DNA of 64,000 nucleotides from Thermococcus sp. JdFR-02 (GTDB lineage Archaea; Methanobacteriota_B; Thermococci; Thermococcales; Thermococcaceae): NCBI GenBank assembly GCA_002009975.1, contig MTLP01000036.1, positions 1 to 64,000 of the forward strand, read 5' to 3'. Shown piece by piece: positions 30,903 to 41,363 of this stretch (position 1 is its first letter; each line of letters starts with the position of its first letter). The notes under the pieces were generated by a model. It saw only the letters and a program-made list of their open reading frames with translations, ran no database searches and was not told where the DNA came from. The position numbers and the translations under genes were made by a program.

Positions 30903-32095
30903 CAATGGAGGAGAAAGAGAAAACATACTTTGGAATCAGCTGGAATGTTTTGATGCTCGGATTTGTGAGCTTTTTAAATGATATGAGCAGCGAAATGATC
31001 GCTCCTATTGTGCCGAGTTATTTAATAAACGTTTTAAAAGTCAGCAAAGCAACGAGCGGCTTTATAATGGGCTTGATTGAGAGCTTAAGTTCGCTCTTTA
31101 AAGTTATTTTTGGTTATATAAGTGATAAATTTCAAAACAGGAAGCTTTTCGTTACGTTGGGTTATTCACTCTCCACAATTTCAAAAGGAGCCTTAGCTTT
31201 TGCTCAAAGCTGGTTAAGTTTTTTGGGATTAAGGGTTATCGATAGAGTTGGAAAGGGTGTGAGAACAGCCCCAAGGGATGCATTGATAGCTGAATCAGCT
31301 CAAAAAGGCAAAACTGGAACGTCCTTTGGATTTCATAGAATGATGGATACATTAGGAGCGGTAGCTGGACCATTAGTCGCAATAGGTCTCTTAGCCTTAT
31401 TTAACAGCTCCGGAGATATTGGAACTTATAGAAAAATCTTCCTTCTTTCAGCTCTTCCCGGCTTAATTGGTGTTTTAATTGTTGTTTTCCTTGTCAAGGA
31501 TACTGGAAAAGAAGTTAAGAAAAAGATAAAGGGCATTTCTGCTCTAAAAAGTAAAAATCTGAGATTGTTTTTGCTTGTAATTGCAATCGGAGCCTTAGGT
31601 AGGTATAGCTATGCTTTTACAATGTGGAAAGCACAAGAGCTTGGATATTCAGTTGTTCAGAGCTTGGGATTCTATGCTTTGTTTAACGCTATTTATGCAT
31701 TTTCAGCTTATCCAATAGGAATTTACTCAGATAAGGTGAGCAAAAAAGGAATAATTACGGTTGGCTTTGGAATAGCAACTTTAGCCGCTCTTACTTTTGC
31801 ATATGCAACAAACTTAGAAACACTCATAATTGGCTTTGTTCTCTATGGCTTCTACATGGCAATAGAGGATACAATCCCAAGAGCTTACATGGCTGATTTG
31901 GCAAAAGAATTTGAGAAAGGAACTGTTATTGGAGCTTATCACACGGTATTTGGAATCTTTGTGTTTCCAGCATCCCTTATAGTTGGCTATTTATGGCAGA
32001 ACTACAGTCTAGAATATGGTTTTCTCTATGCGGCATTCATGAGTGCTTTGGCTATGCTTTTAATGACACTTATAAAAGAAGAAAAACAAGCTTAA
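30899..32095 (+). CDS. MFS transporter
   Basis: DRVGKGVRTAPRDALI and FGFHRMMDTLGA motifs; ~12 TM; coupled to padR. Confidence 0.92.
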   Translation: MTMEEKEKTYFGISWNVLMLGFVSFLNDMSSEMIAPIVPSYLINVLKVSKATSGFIMGLIESLSSLFKVIFGYISDKFQNRKLFVTLGYSLSTISKGALAFAQSWLSFLGLRVIDRVGKGVRTAPRDALIAESAQKGKTGTSFGFHRMMDTLGAVAGPLVAIGLLALFNSSGDIGTYRKIFLLSALPGLIGVLIVVFLVKDTGKEVKKKIKGISALKSKNLRLFLLVIAIGALGRYSYAFTMWKAQELGYSVVQSLGFYALFNAIYAFSAYPIGIYSDKVSKKGIITVGFGIATLAALTFAYATNLETLIIGFVLYGFYMAIEDTIPRAYMADLAKEFEKGTVIGAYHTVFGIFVFPASLIVGYLWQNYSLEYGFLYAAFMSALAMLLMTLIKEEKQA

Positions 32096-32319
32096 GTAGA
32101 CTCCATCTTTTCTACCATTTCTTTTGTGATTGTCAGTGGCTTTTCGACTTCATAGATATCTGCAAACTCCCAAATAACTTCTCCTTTGTTCATTGCTTTT
32201 GCATAGCGTTTTGCTAACTCTTCAGCTTCCTCCAAACTTTGGGCTTCAACTATTCTCCTTATATACCACTTCATTCCACCATACCTAAGTTTAAACTCTG
32301 CCATATACATTAGCATCAC
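32092..32319 (-). CDS. Small hypothetical protein
   Basis: 75 aa, IVEAQSLEEAEELA motif, GGTGA RBS. Confidence 0.65.
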   Translation of the reverse strand: MMLMYMAEFKLRYGGMKWYIRRIVEAQSLEEAEELAKRYAKAMNKGEVIWEFADIYEVEKPLTITKEMVEKMEST

Positions 32320-32381
32320 CAGATAGAATTATTAAAGTAGGGATATAAAAGGGTAACCTCTCTAAAAAGTTTACTAAAAAC

Positions 32382-32921
32382 TTATTCTTCATTTTTGCTC
32401 TGGAAATACTCACTTAACCTTTCTACAAGTTTGTTGACACAGTATTGGGTAAGTTCTTCGTTACACCCACCTACAGTTCTTGTTATGAGATAGTTATTCT
32501 TTAAATATGCTATGGTAATGGAACTGTCTTTTTCTGTACTATTTATTGTATATCCAAATCTAAATGGGGGTCTGAATGTGTAGTTTTTCGTTATTATTTT
32601 TCCAAAATAGCATTCCGATTCATTTCCAACCATAACAATAACTTTCCCATTTTCAAGAGACCAAAGAATAATATCTGGTGATAATGATGATTTGATTGAT
32701 ATTATGATAATCTCAGCATTGTAAGGGTTGCTTGTTTTATTTGTAAATACTTTCTGGGTTATATTGAGAAAACTGTCTGGTAAATCTTTTTCTAGATATG
32801 TGAGGTGAGTTATTTTGTAATTACTAGGATTGCTTGAAGTTAAATCATAAATGCTAAAACTTAGGAGCCCATATAAGAAAGTAAAAAGTAAAATAGCAAT
32901 AAAAAATATTCTCCTCCTCAT
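32382..32921 (-). CDS. Membrane-anchored extracellular protein similar to the N-terminal domain of the neighbouring 378-aa protein
   Basis: N-terminal TM, several N-x-S/T sequons, GGTGA RBS; visible alignment to residues ~45-165 of the upstream gene. Confidence 0.7.
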   Translation of the reverse strand: MRRRIFFIAILLFTFLYGLLSFSIYDLTSSNPSNYKITHLTYLEKDLPDSFLNITQKVFTNKTSNPYNAEIIIISIKSSLSPDIILWSLENGKVIVMVGNESECYFGKIITKNYTFRPPFRFGYTINSTEKDSSITIAYLKNNYLITRTVGGCNEELTQYCVNKLVERLSEYFQSKNEE

Positions 32922-32945
32922 TATTATTCACCAGGTTCATTGTTT

Positions 32946-34082
32946 TTATGGAATTCCGACATATCTGTATTTTGTTATTGTCTTTGTATAGTGATCATCA
33001 GGCCACAACTGGTTATCTTTCTTAAATTTCCATGTAAACTGTTCTTTGTAGTATACACCCGTCACATCTGGATGAACCTTCCACAGAACTCCCGGTTCTG
33101 CAGTATAGGTGCTAATTGAGGGTAACCCTCCATTGATTTTGTGTGTAAATTTAATCCAATCTGATGTTCTGCTTAATACTACAGACGCTGTAACGTCTGG
33201 TATATCATAACTCCAGCTTAAAGTTCCTGCTGGAGGTACTGAAAATGATACTGAAACAGTGCCACCAGTTACAGTAGTGTGTGGTTCATATTTCTTAATT
33301 TCAAAAACATCATCATAAATTGTGTGATCTGCTGAATATGAATTGAATTTAATATAAGTTATGAACTCCTCATTTTTCCAACTATTTGACCAATATGCTT
33401 CTCCTGGAGTGCTTTCATGTGTAAATTTATATGAGAGATACTGATATCCATCGCTACCAATGGCTCTTTTTATTAGAACATTATAATAAATTTCTCCATA
33501 AGGATACAGTAGCTTGGTGTACTCATATTCTGTGACTCTACTCCAACCTGAAGAAGCTATTGAATAAAAATTTATTTTCCTATATTTGTACTCTTTGAGT
33601 TTATTTGTAGTTTTTAATAACACCCAATTATTAATGTTCCCTTTATCAGCGGAGATAACACTGACGTGCAAACTGTTTCCTTCTCTCCATACAATTACTT
33701 CTTGGAAAGTGTCTTTTTCAGAAGTTGAAAGTGGAACTGAGAACCCAAATCCCAGTTCTTTTGCCCTTATGCTAACCATGGAATACAGTTCTTTTTTGCT
33801 GAGTTTTTTCGGATTTTTTCCTAACAAGATTGTGTAAAGTGTATTTTCTGCATTTTTTCCAATTATGATAACAGGATATCCAGATTTAATCTTATTTAAA
33901 ATTAGGGTTTTTTGTTCAATAGAATTTTCACTTTGGATTATCAGCGCTTTAGTTTCATGAATTATGGGCAATGCATAAATGTCAGGCATTACTTCTTTAG
34001 TTGTTCCTGTTTGAGCATTTGCAACTCCAGCTGTCGCTCCAATTATCAACAGTCCAACTAAAAAAGTTAGCAATCTCTTCAT
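32946..34082 (-). CDS. Secreted protein with putative pro-domain and beta-rich hemolysin/leukocidin-like C-terminal domain
   Basis: Signal peptide (ANA-Q), GGAGGTG RBS, TTTATAAA promoter; KYEPHTT..TVSVSFSV..LSWSYDIPDV and TAEPGVLW motifs. Confidence 0.6.
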   Translation of the reverse strand: MKRLLTFLVGLLIIGATAGVANAQTGTTKEVMPDIYALPIIHETKALIIQSENSIEQKTLILNKIKSGYPVIIIGKNAENTLYTILLGKNPKKLSKKELYSMVSIRAKELGFGFSVPLSTSEKDTFQEVIVWREGNSLHVSVISADKGNINNWVLLKTTNKLKEYKYRKINFYSIASSGWSRVTEYEYTKLLYPYGEIYYNVLIKRAIGSDGYQYLSYKFTHESTPGEAYWSNSWKNEEFITYIKFNSYSADHTIYDDVFEIKKYEPHTTVTGGTVSVSFSVPPAGTLSWSYDIPDVTASVVLSRTSDWIKFTHKINGGLPSISTYTAEPGVLWKVHPDVTGVYYKEQFTWKFKKDNQLWPDDHYTKTITKYRYVGIP

Positions 34083-34316
34083 GTCTGCACCTCCACTAAA
34101 TTCTTACGTAATGAATAATGTTCTGCTATTTATAAATTTTTTCTTTTGTTAGTACTATTATATAACGATTTTTTTTCGTAAAGAATTTTTTCAGAATTAT
34201 AACTTTACTAACTCCTTCAGCCAAAAGAAAGCAGAGTAAAAGAGCGAACATAATAGTACATAAGTAGTTCTGCAAAACTAAAACAAAATATAATTAATAA
34301 GAATACCTCGTATTCC

Positions 34317-36548
34317 TCATAGATTTTTTGACTTTTTTAGCTTAATCACTTGCTTAGCAAACTCTTCTAAAACCTCTTTTCTCTTTCCTTGGAAGAACTT
34401 TATTGAGCCTGCATAACTATGCCCTCCACCCTCAATTCCAGCTTCTGGTAGCTTCTCCTGGAGTTTCTGGATTATCTCATTCAAATTGAACTTGTATTTT
34501 GCCATTCCTTCGCTTGCTCTAACTACTGCAAAATCTGGACCATAAGCTAATGTTAAAATTGGACTCTCTTCACCGTATTTTTCTTTAAAGTGATCATGGA
34601 TTAGACCGCTAAGCTTTCCTGGTGCCGGATACTCAAACTTTGGAGCATAAAGCTCAATGTCAATTGTGTTAAATCTTATGCCGTTTGGGAGAACTACGCT
34701 CTTAACATGAGGTAATGAAGCCTTTAATGCTTTTTCCTGCTTTGCTTTAACCTCCGGGTAAATGCCGTTAATTAATTTCCTATGCCTCTCGAGGGAAGCT
34801 CCAAGCAGTAAAATGTCTTCAATGATACCTTTTCCATCCATGAACTTCCAATAATAGGCTTCATGATCAACAACTTCAGCGATTTTCTTTAAATCTTCCT
34901 CATCTAAGCCTTTACTTTGCTTTGCAATCTTCTTATATTGCTCAAACTCTGGAGCTTTGCTTCTATCACCAGTTCCAGCAATCGCTGGTAAATGCTTAAT
35001 CCTATCCTCAACTTTAGGATAGATAAACCTTGCAAGCTCAGTTGCAATCATTCCAGCCGTAAGTTCGTAGTAACCATGCCTTACTAAATGCGGATTTACA
35101 TGAACATCAACGTACTCATCAACAGCCGCTTTTCCATCCTCAATGAATGTTCTCGGGTCATGGTGGTCTATAACCACAATTGGGACTCCATAAGACTTCA
35201 AACGCCTATATGCCGGTATATCCTCGTCCGTACCACCATTATCAACTATGACAACTAAAGGTAATTCTTCACCAAACTTCATTGAATCTTCAATTGCAAA
35301 AATTATATCTTTCAAAACATCTTCAAGTTCATAGAAAGGTGCTTTGGATGGTCTTCTCTTAAATAAGTGCCATTCAGCTTCTGGATCTGGTGAGACTTCT
35401 TTCAAAAGCGGGATTATTGCATATTCTAAAGCCAACCCAGCTGAATAACCATCACAATCTGCATGGTGTCTTAAAATTATAGGTCTACCCTCAAAAATAG
35501 CTCTTCTAATCATGAATGCAGCTTTCATAATCTTTGGCTTTAGTTTTTCTAAAACATCACTCTTAACTAAAAAGCCAACATCTTCAGGTTGAGCTTTCCT
35601 ATTTAGCTCTTCTTCAATTTTCTTCTTTACTTCTGCTGCATCTGGTCCAAATAAGCGTGACATGTCGCTGATTTCAATTTGTATCTTGCCCGCATGGAAT
35701 GAAACTTTGCCAATTATCTCCACTATATCTCCAACCATAATAGTTGGATACGCCCTAACTCCAGGAGCTTCAAAAGCAGCAGCCCAAGTTATTCCAGTTC
35801 CATCACTTATTGTAAAGACCGTTGGACCACCAGTAACTTGTATTTGAGTTATTTTACCCCTAATTCTAACAGTTTTACCCGCTAAACTTTCACTCAACTC
35901 ACCAATCTCTGTAACAGGTAACTCTTTTCTAACAACAACTTCTTTATAGCGTCTTAAAGCTGATTCTATAAAGTCAATTTCCTTTTTTTCCGGTCTAACA
36001 TCTAAAACCTGAACTAAAATAGTGTCACCAACTTTGTACTCTTTTCCACCAAGAAGATCTTTTTTCTTAATTAGTCCAGTTACATGAGGATTTAGCTTTA
36101 CAAAGATACCAAAACGCTCTACTCTGTCAATGGTGCCTTTATAAACCTTGCCTATTTCAACGTCTTCATAATCACAAGTTTTGTCAAGGATGTACACAAC
36201 CTTGAATTTCCTCTCACACTCTGGGCACACCCAAGTTGTATCCATCCCCGGCTCCCATGGTTCCTTAACTCTTCCACAAATATCACAAGCTAAAACTCTC
36301 CCAGTTCCTCCACAAGTTGGGCAAGCATCATAAACTGGAACAACACCTTTTCCATGACACTCTGGACAAGGAATTTCATCAACTTCTTCATCAACTCCAA
36401 AATAATCCAAATTCTTGTACCCCTTTAAGTGCTTATCAAGCTTAAAATCAGCTGGAACATAGCCCCAACCATCACAAACTTTACACTCTTCCTCACCAAC
36501 TTTTACTTTCCCACTTCCATGACACTCTGGACAATCTTTGACTACCAT
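34317..36548 (-). CDS. RecJ-like DHH nuclease with DnaJ-type Zn finger, S1 and OB domains (HAN type)
   Basis: CPECHGSG repeats, S1 domain, HHADCDG, IDHHD and GGGH motifs. Confidence 0.88.
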   Translation of the reverse strand: MVVKDCPECHGSGKVKVGEEECKVCDGWGYVPADFKLDKHLKGYKNLDYFGVDEEVDEIPCPECHGKGVVPVYDACPTCGGTGRVLACDICGRVKEPWEPGMDTTWVCPECERKFKVVYILDKTCDYEDVEIGKVYKGTIDRVERFGIFVKLNPHVTGLIKKKDLLGGKEYKVGDTILVQVLDVRPEKKEIDFIESALRRYKEVVVRKELPVTEIGELSESLAGKTVRIRGKITQIQVTGGPTVFTISDGTGITWAAAFEAPGVRAYPTIMVGDIVEIIGKVSFHAGKIQIEISDMSRLFGPDAAEVKKKIEEELNRKAQPEDVGFLVKSDVLEKLKPKIMKAAFMIRRAIFEGRPIILRHHADCDGYSAGLALEYAIIPLLKEVSPDPEAEWHLFKRRPSKAPFYELEDVLKDIIFAIEDSMKFGEELPLVVIVDNGGTDEDIPAYRRLKSYGVPIVVIDHHDPRTFIEDGKAAVDEYVDVHVNPHLVRHGYYELTAGMIATELARFIYPKVEDRIKHLPAIAGTGDRSKAPEFEQYKKIAKQSKGLDEEDLKKIAEVVDHEAYYWKFMDGKGIIEDILLLGASLERHRKLINGIYPEVKAKQEKALKASLPHVKSVVLPNGIRFNTIDIELYAPKFEYPAPGKLSGLIHDHFKEKYGEESPILTLAYGPDFAVVRASEGMAKYKFNLNEIIQKLQEKLPEAGIEGGGHSYAGSIKFFQGKRKEVLEEFAKQVIKLKKSKNL

Positions 36549-36615
36549 TTTCTCTCACCTCTAAACAATAAAAGAACAGCCTTTTTAAAATGATAACGCT
36601 CATCCCCTTATAACC

Positions 36616-37788
36616 TTAACCTCTCTCATATTTTCTAAAGAAAAACCAAAAACTAAGCATTGAAAGAGCGTAGAGCGTTCCAGTAATGAAAAAGGGCATA
36701 CTTAAGGAGTACTCAAAAATTTGACCACCTATATAGTTTCCAACTCCGAAAGTTACGGTCCAAGCAAAGCTCCTTAGAGCTATTGCCGTTGCCCTCTCCT
36801 CACTCTTAAAGAACCCGAGCATAAATGAATCCCAAAGGGGATTCACAATATTCATTAAGATTGTTCTAATTGTGTAAATCAAAGCAGCAATTGAAAAGGA
36901 TGGTGAGAATGGCAAAGTTATAATTAATCCAGTTGCAGTGCCGTTAAACCCAACGATAGTTTTAACACTTCCATATCTCTCGGCAAAAATTGGCATGGAG
37001 AACATTCCAACACCCATAACCAATTGTTGGATTGCAAACAAACTTCCAATGCTTGCCAAACTTGTTCCAAAGCGGACATTAAAGTAAAGCTGCATATAGG
37101 GAATTGTAACACCAGCGCCAAGACCAATAAGAGCTGAAGGAACTGAGAATTTTAATATCTTAATTAGCGTACCTCTTTCAAGCTTTAACCTTTTGCTAAT
37201 CTTCTCTTCCTTTACTACCCTTACAAGCGAGAGAATAAAAATTTGAGCTGAAATTCCAATTAGGGCAATTAACATCGTTTTACGATAGGGATTAGCACTA
37301 TCCACTAAATCAGGCAATATTCCAGCAAAAAACATTCCTAAGGCTCCACCTATGGTTCCGACTGCAAAGCTTAGGCTGAATATATAATCCCTCTTCTCAT
37401 CACTAACTTCCTCACTAAGCAGAGCCGATAGGGAAGGCCATCCTAAGGCTGATGAGAATCCTAGAATTGCAGATGCTATCATAAATAGCTCAAATTCAAT
37501 TGTAGAAACTTGAATAGCTCTACTTAAAAATACCAAGAATGTTGATAGGAGGAGGGCTTTTTTGTGACCAATTCTATCACTTACTCTTCCAGAAATTAGC
37601 AAGAGAAGAGCATTAAAGAAAGTTTCTGTTGAAAAAAGCTTTCCTAAGTCACTAAATCCATATCCAAGAGATCTGAGATAGAAAGGGAATATAAAGCTAA
37701 TTATACTATTGACTAACCAGCTTGTGAAAGAAAATATTACTAAAAGCTTCGCATCTCTGCTGAATCCTTTATATTTCTCTAAGCCCAT
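36616..37788 (-). CDS. MFS transporter
   Basis: GRVSDRIGHK motif A; ~12 TM; paralog of the next gene. Confidence 0.9.
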   Translation of the reverse strand: MGLEKYKGFSRDAKLLVIFSFTSWLVNSIISFIFPFYLRSLGYGFSDLGKLFSTETFFNALLLLISGRVSDRIGHKKALLLSTFLVFLSRAIQVSTIEFELFMIASAILGFSSALGWPSLSALLSEEVSDEKRDYIFSLSFAVGTIGGALGMFFAGILPDLVDSANPYRKTMLIALIGISAQIFILSLVRVVKEEKISKRLKLERGTLIKILKFSVPSALIGLGAGVTIPYMQLYFNVRFGTSLASIGSLFAIQQLVMGVGMFSMPIFAERYGSVKTIVGFNGTATGLIITLPFSPSFSIAALIYTIRTILMNIVNPLWDSFMLGFFKSEERATAIALRSFAWTVTFGVGNYIGGQIFEYSLSMPFFITGTLYALSMLSFWFFFRKYERG

Positions 37789-37832
37789 GTTCAGGAATCT
37801 TACAAGTTCCGTTTATAAGCCTGTCGAAATGT

Positions 37833-39029
37833 TTAGACCTTGTTATACTTAGCAAAGAAGAACCAGAATGTTAATGTTGCTATGGTATAGAGCATGGCGG
37901 TTGCATAAAATGGATAACTTAAAGAGATTCCAAATAGAAAACCTCCAATATAATTACCAAAACCTCTCATAAAAGTGCTAAAAGCTCTTCTAATGCCAAC
38001 AGCAGTTGCTTTTTCTTCCGTCGAGAAAAAACCAAGCATAAAAGAATCGTTTATTGGCCATACAATATTCATTAGAATGCTTCTCACAATGTAAACTCCT
38101 GCTGCAATTAAGAAAATCTCAATAGAGGGGAATATGGCAAAAAGCAAGGCTGCAGATGTCTGAAAGAGCGTTATAGTTTTCACAGCCCCAATTCTTTCAA
38201 CAAGCTTAGGCAATACGAAAGACCCTAAGCCCATAACAATTTGCTGAGCAAAGAAAACACCGCTTATTTTAGCTAAAGTAACTCCAAAACGCATGTCAAA
38301 GTAGAGCTGCATGTAGGGAATTGTAATTCCCGCTCCTAGTCCTATAATTGCCGATGGAATTGAGAACTTTAGGATTTTAATAATCAACTCCCTTCTCCAC
38401 CTTATCTTTGGATTTTCAACTGGAACATCCTTAATTATCAAAAGGGCTGGAATTGTGAAAATAAACTGAAGAAAAGAAAATGCCAAAACCAATCTGTAGG
38501 CTAATTGATTCGTTATCCCAAAAGTCGTTTCCAAAAAGTTTGGCATAAATCCTGCTAATAAAACACCCAAAGCATTGAACATAGTCCCCAAACCAAAGCT
38601 TATTGAAAAAGCATGGTGTCTAAGCCTATCTTCAACTTCTTCACTTAAGAGAGCTGAAAAGTTTGGCTGCCTTATTCCCATGTTAACTCCAACCAAAAAG
38701 AAGCCAAAGGCTAGTAGGTAATAATTAAAAGCCATAACTTGGAGTATCCTCCCTAAAAAACCCAATAATGCCCCTAAAAGCAGGGATTTTTTATAACCAA
38801 TCTTTAGAGAAATCTGTCCAGCTAAAAGGAAGAAAACTCCTCCAACAAAAGTTCTAAGTGAGAAAAAAGCCCCCATATCTGCCATAGAATAGCCCAATGC
38901 CCTTAAATAGAAGGGCATGATAAAGAATGAGAACTGCAAAAATAGCTGCCCAATTGCATTTAGTGCGATTAAGATTTTGGCATCTCTGTTGAACTCCTCA
39001 AACTTGAGCATGGTTAAACTTAATATCAT
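37833..39029 (-). CDS. MFS transporter (tandem paralog)
   Basis: Shares ALLSEEV and KFS.PSA.IGLGAG.TIPYMQLYF with 36616-37788. Confidence 0.9.
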   Translation of the reverse strand: MILSLTMLKFEEFNRDAKILIALNAIGQLFLQFSFFIMPFYLRALGYSMADMGAFFSLRTFVGGVFFLLAGQISLKIGYKKSLLLGALLGFLGRILQVMAFNYYLLAFGFFLVGVNMGIRQPNFSALLSEEVEDRLRHHAFSISFGLGTMFNALGVLLAGFMPNFLETTFGITNQLAYRLVLAFSFLQFIFTIPALLIIKDVPVENPKIRWRRELIIKILKFSIPSAIIGLGAGITIPYMQLYFDMRFGVTLAKISGVFFAQQIVMGLGSFVLPKLVERIGAVKTITLFQTSAALLFAIFPSIEIFLIAAGVYIVRSILMNIVWPINDSFMLGFFSTEEKATAVGIRRAFSTFMRGFGNYIGGFLFGISLSYPFYATAMLYTIATLTFWFFFAKYNKV

Positions 39030-39214
39030 AGCGCTTATAAGATTATCGAAATGAACACACCGTCAAAATTCGAACCACAAAGTTTATTAATATTAGTAAA
39101 AAAGATTACTTGGGGTTAAAATCACAAAAGGGATGTTAATCGGGCTCAAATAAGTGAGCTTGAATAAGCTTTTTCTTTCTAAATGTCTAAAATATATCCC
39201 ATTAGGGTGGGATT

Positions 39215-39802
39215 ATGTATAGCAAAAACTCCAAAATTATAAAGATTGAAGCAGCTTTTGGATATTTTTTGACAATAAGTATATTAGTAACTTTAACCGT
39301 TTCTATCAGCTTAAATCCATGGTTTTCTTTTCATAAAAATGCTTTAAGTGATCTCGGCTCACTTAATGTCCCAAACAATTACATCTTCAATTTTGGACTA
39401 ATTCTTACAGGTTTAGCAGGTTTAATATTTTCCTTTGCAGTAATCGAGTATTTTAAGCCATTCAAACTTTATCTGCTTCCTTTGGCTATGATTTGCCTTT
39501 CTATGGTTGGCATATTTCCAGAAGAGTACAACTTTCCCCATTCAGTATCAGCAGTTTTATTTTATCTTTTCTCCCTAATTTCAATAGGGCAAGCTGGAGT
39601 ATTTCTAAAAAAGAAAGGTGATGTTAAAATAGGCAATTTTAGCATCATAGGTTCAATAGCAACATTTCTTGCAATGATCGTACCCAAATGGGGAGGATTA
39701 GCTATACCAGAACTCATAGGGGCAGGATTCATAGTTCTCTGGACACTCATAATTGCCACCAAAATTTTAAAAGAGATAGAAAAAGCTAAAGCTGGTTCAT
39801 GA
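39215..39802 (+). CDS. DUF998 family membrane protein
   Basis: PWFSFHKNALSDLG, FNFGLI, VGIFPE and LAIPE motifs. Confidence 0.8.
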   Translation: MYSKNSKIIKIEAAFGYFLTISILVTLTVSISLNPWFSFHKNALSDLGSLNVPNNYIFNFGLILTGLAGLIFSFAVIEYFKPFKLYLLPLAMICLSMVGIFPEEYNFPHSVSAVLFYLFSLISIGQAGVFLKKKGDVKIGNFSIIGSIATFLAMIVPKWGGLAIPELIGAGFIVLWTLIIATKILKEIEKAKAGS

Positions 39803-41255
39803 ATTCTTCAATTGCTTTTCTTGTTAATGTGTAATCCTTCCCAGCTAGGATTATAACCTTGTATGCAGGATTGTTTGGATTTTCAAGGATTTTGACGACG
39901 TAACCCTTGCTCATTACTTCCTCCTTAAGAGCCTCTATCATGCTGCTTCCATAAACCTGCTCCAAGAGTTTCCAAGCTTTATTGCTAACCCATCCTCCAA
40001 CTATGATGACATGCTTGTTGTTTGGCAGAGATATGAGCTCCGTATCCTCTATAATGAGATCATTTACATCATCGATTACTTCTGCCTTTGTAGTTTGAAC
40101 TATCACCTTCTTTTTGACCGTTTCACTCTTAACAAATGTATATCCCTCAACTCCGGTGATCTTACCTTCATCATCCTTTGTGAAACTTGCCGTTAGTTTC
40201 AATTTATCAATTGGAAGTTCAAGAACATCATCTTCTCCCAAAGTCACTTTTGGAAAGTCATTCTCTGGATCCACATGTAAATATAAGGTGAAGAGAGAAT
40301 CCTCTGGATCTATGTCCCAAACCCATTGACCATCAAAGACATCTCCATCCCTGTACTCCTTTGTCTTCTCAAAGTATTCATAGGTATAGCTAACTTGCTT
40401 AGTCCCCCCAATACCAACGAAAAAGTCGGTAGGTGTAAATACGAATATCTTTTTAGCACCAGCTTTCTGAAGATCCAGTATTCTGCTTTCAGGATATGAA
40501 TCATAGGTTTCTACATCTTCATCGTTTTCAGCATCAATGTAAAATACATAATATTTGCCCTTCTCAAAGACCTTTGTGAGTGGAAGACCACTTGGGAATA
40601 GGACATCTGTTAAGGTCTTCTTTTGCTCTGTGTCAATATCCATAAACTTTATTTTCCACCCATTTACAGATAGCGTTTCTCCTAAGGTTTTAGATTCCTC
40701 AAGCACCTTCTTGTATGAGTATATGTACAGGGTATCCTTGCTATCAACGACCGTTGAAACCATCTTTGTATCTTCTCCACCTAGGCTCAGAGGAGTTGTG
40801 TTTTCATTAAAAATAATCTCAATTGCTCTGTCATTAAATTGAACCTTTTTTATGGTATCGTTGTAAAACACCTTAGAGAAGTTAAGTGCAATGACGATAA
40901 CATCTCCAACTGGTGAATCACCGACATTTAGACCAACATCGGGCATATCAATCTTATTTAGCTTGTAATACTGGTCATTGTCCTCAATTAGAATACTGTG
41001 GTATTCAACATCAACGTTTACGTAAGTTGTATAAATTGAAGGCTTTATACCCTTTAAAACCAATAAAGCTCCAAGTCTTGATCCACTTATAGCATCTTCC
41101 CCAATATGTAAAGGTTGCCCATTGACAATTTTTGTTGTGGGCAACACAATTACTGCATTTGTTGAGTTTATTGTAAAGCTGAGTCCTTGAACCATCCCTA
41201 ACACTGCGCTCATGAAAACAAAAATAAGTAAAAATCCAATCTTCCTCTTCATCAA
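39786..41255 (-). CDS. S-layer-like secreted protein
   Basis: Signal peptide; C-terminal IIVGGWVSN...ILAGKDY..TR like the Thermococcales S-layer domain. Confidence 0.78.
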   Translation of the reverse strand: MMKRKIGFLLIFVFMSAVLGMVQGLSFTINSTNAVIVLPTTKIVNGQPLHIGEDAISGSRLGALLVLKGIKPSIYTTYVNVDVEYHSILIEDNDQYYKLNKIDMPDVGLNVGDSPVGDVIVIALNFSKVFYNDTIKKVQFNDRAIEIIFNENTTPLSLGGEDTKMVSTVVDSKDTLYIYSYKKVLEESKTLGETLSVNGWKIKFMDIDTEQKKTLTDVLFPSGLPLTKVFEKGKYYVFYIDAENDEDVETYDSYPESRILDLQKAGAKKIFVFTPTDFFVGIGGTKQVSYTYEYFEKTKEYRDGDVFDGQWVWDIDPEDSLFTLYLHVDPENDFPKVTLGEDDVLELPIDKLKLTASFTKDDEGKITGVEGYTFVKSETVKKKVIVQTTKAEVIDDVNDLIIEDTELISLPNNKHVIIVGGWVSNKAWKLLEQVYGSSMIEALKEEVMSKGYVVKILENPNNPAYKVIILAGKDYTLTRKAIEEFMNQL

Positions 41256-41363
41256 ATTATCACCTAGGTTTAATATAATCTCTGAAAGTTTATAATTTTG
41301 TCTACTCTCAGAGGTATATTGTCAAGTGACAACTTTTAAATGAGGTTTGCGTAAATTAAAATA

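Noticed and set aside
36616-39029. Tandem MFS paralogs
   Set aside because: Old, diverged duplication of a common family; nothing further supports novelty
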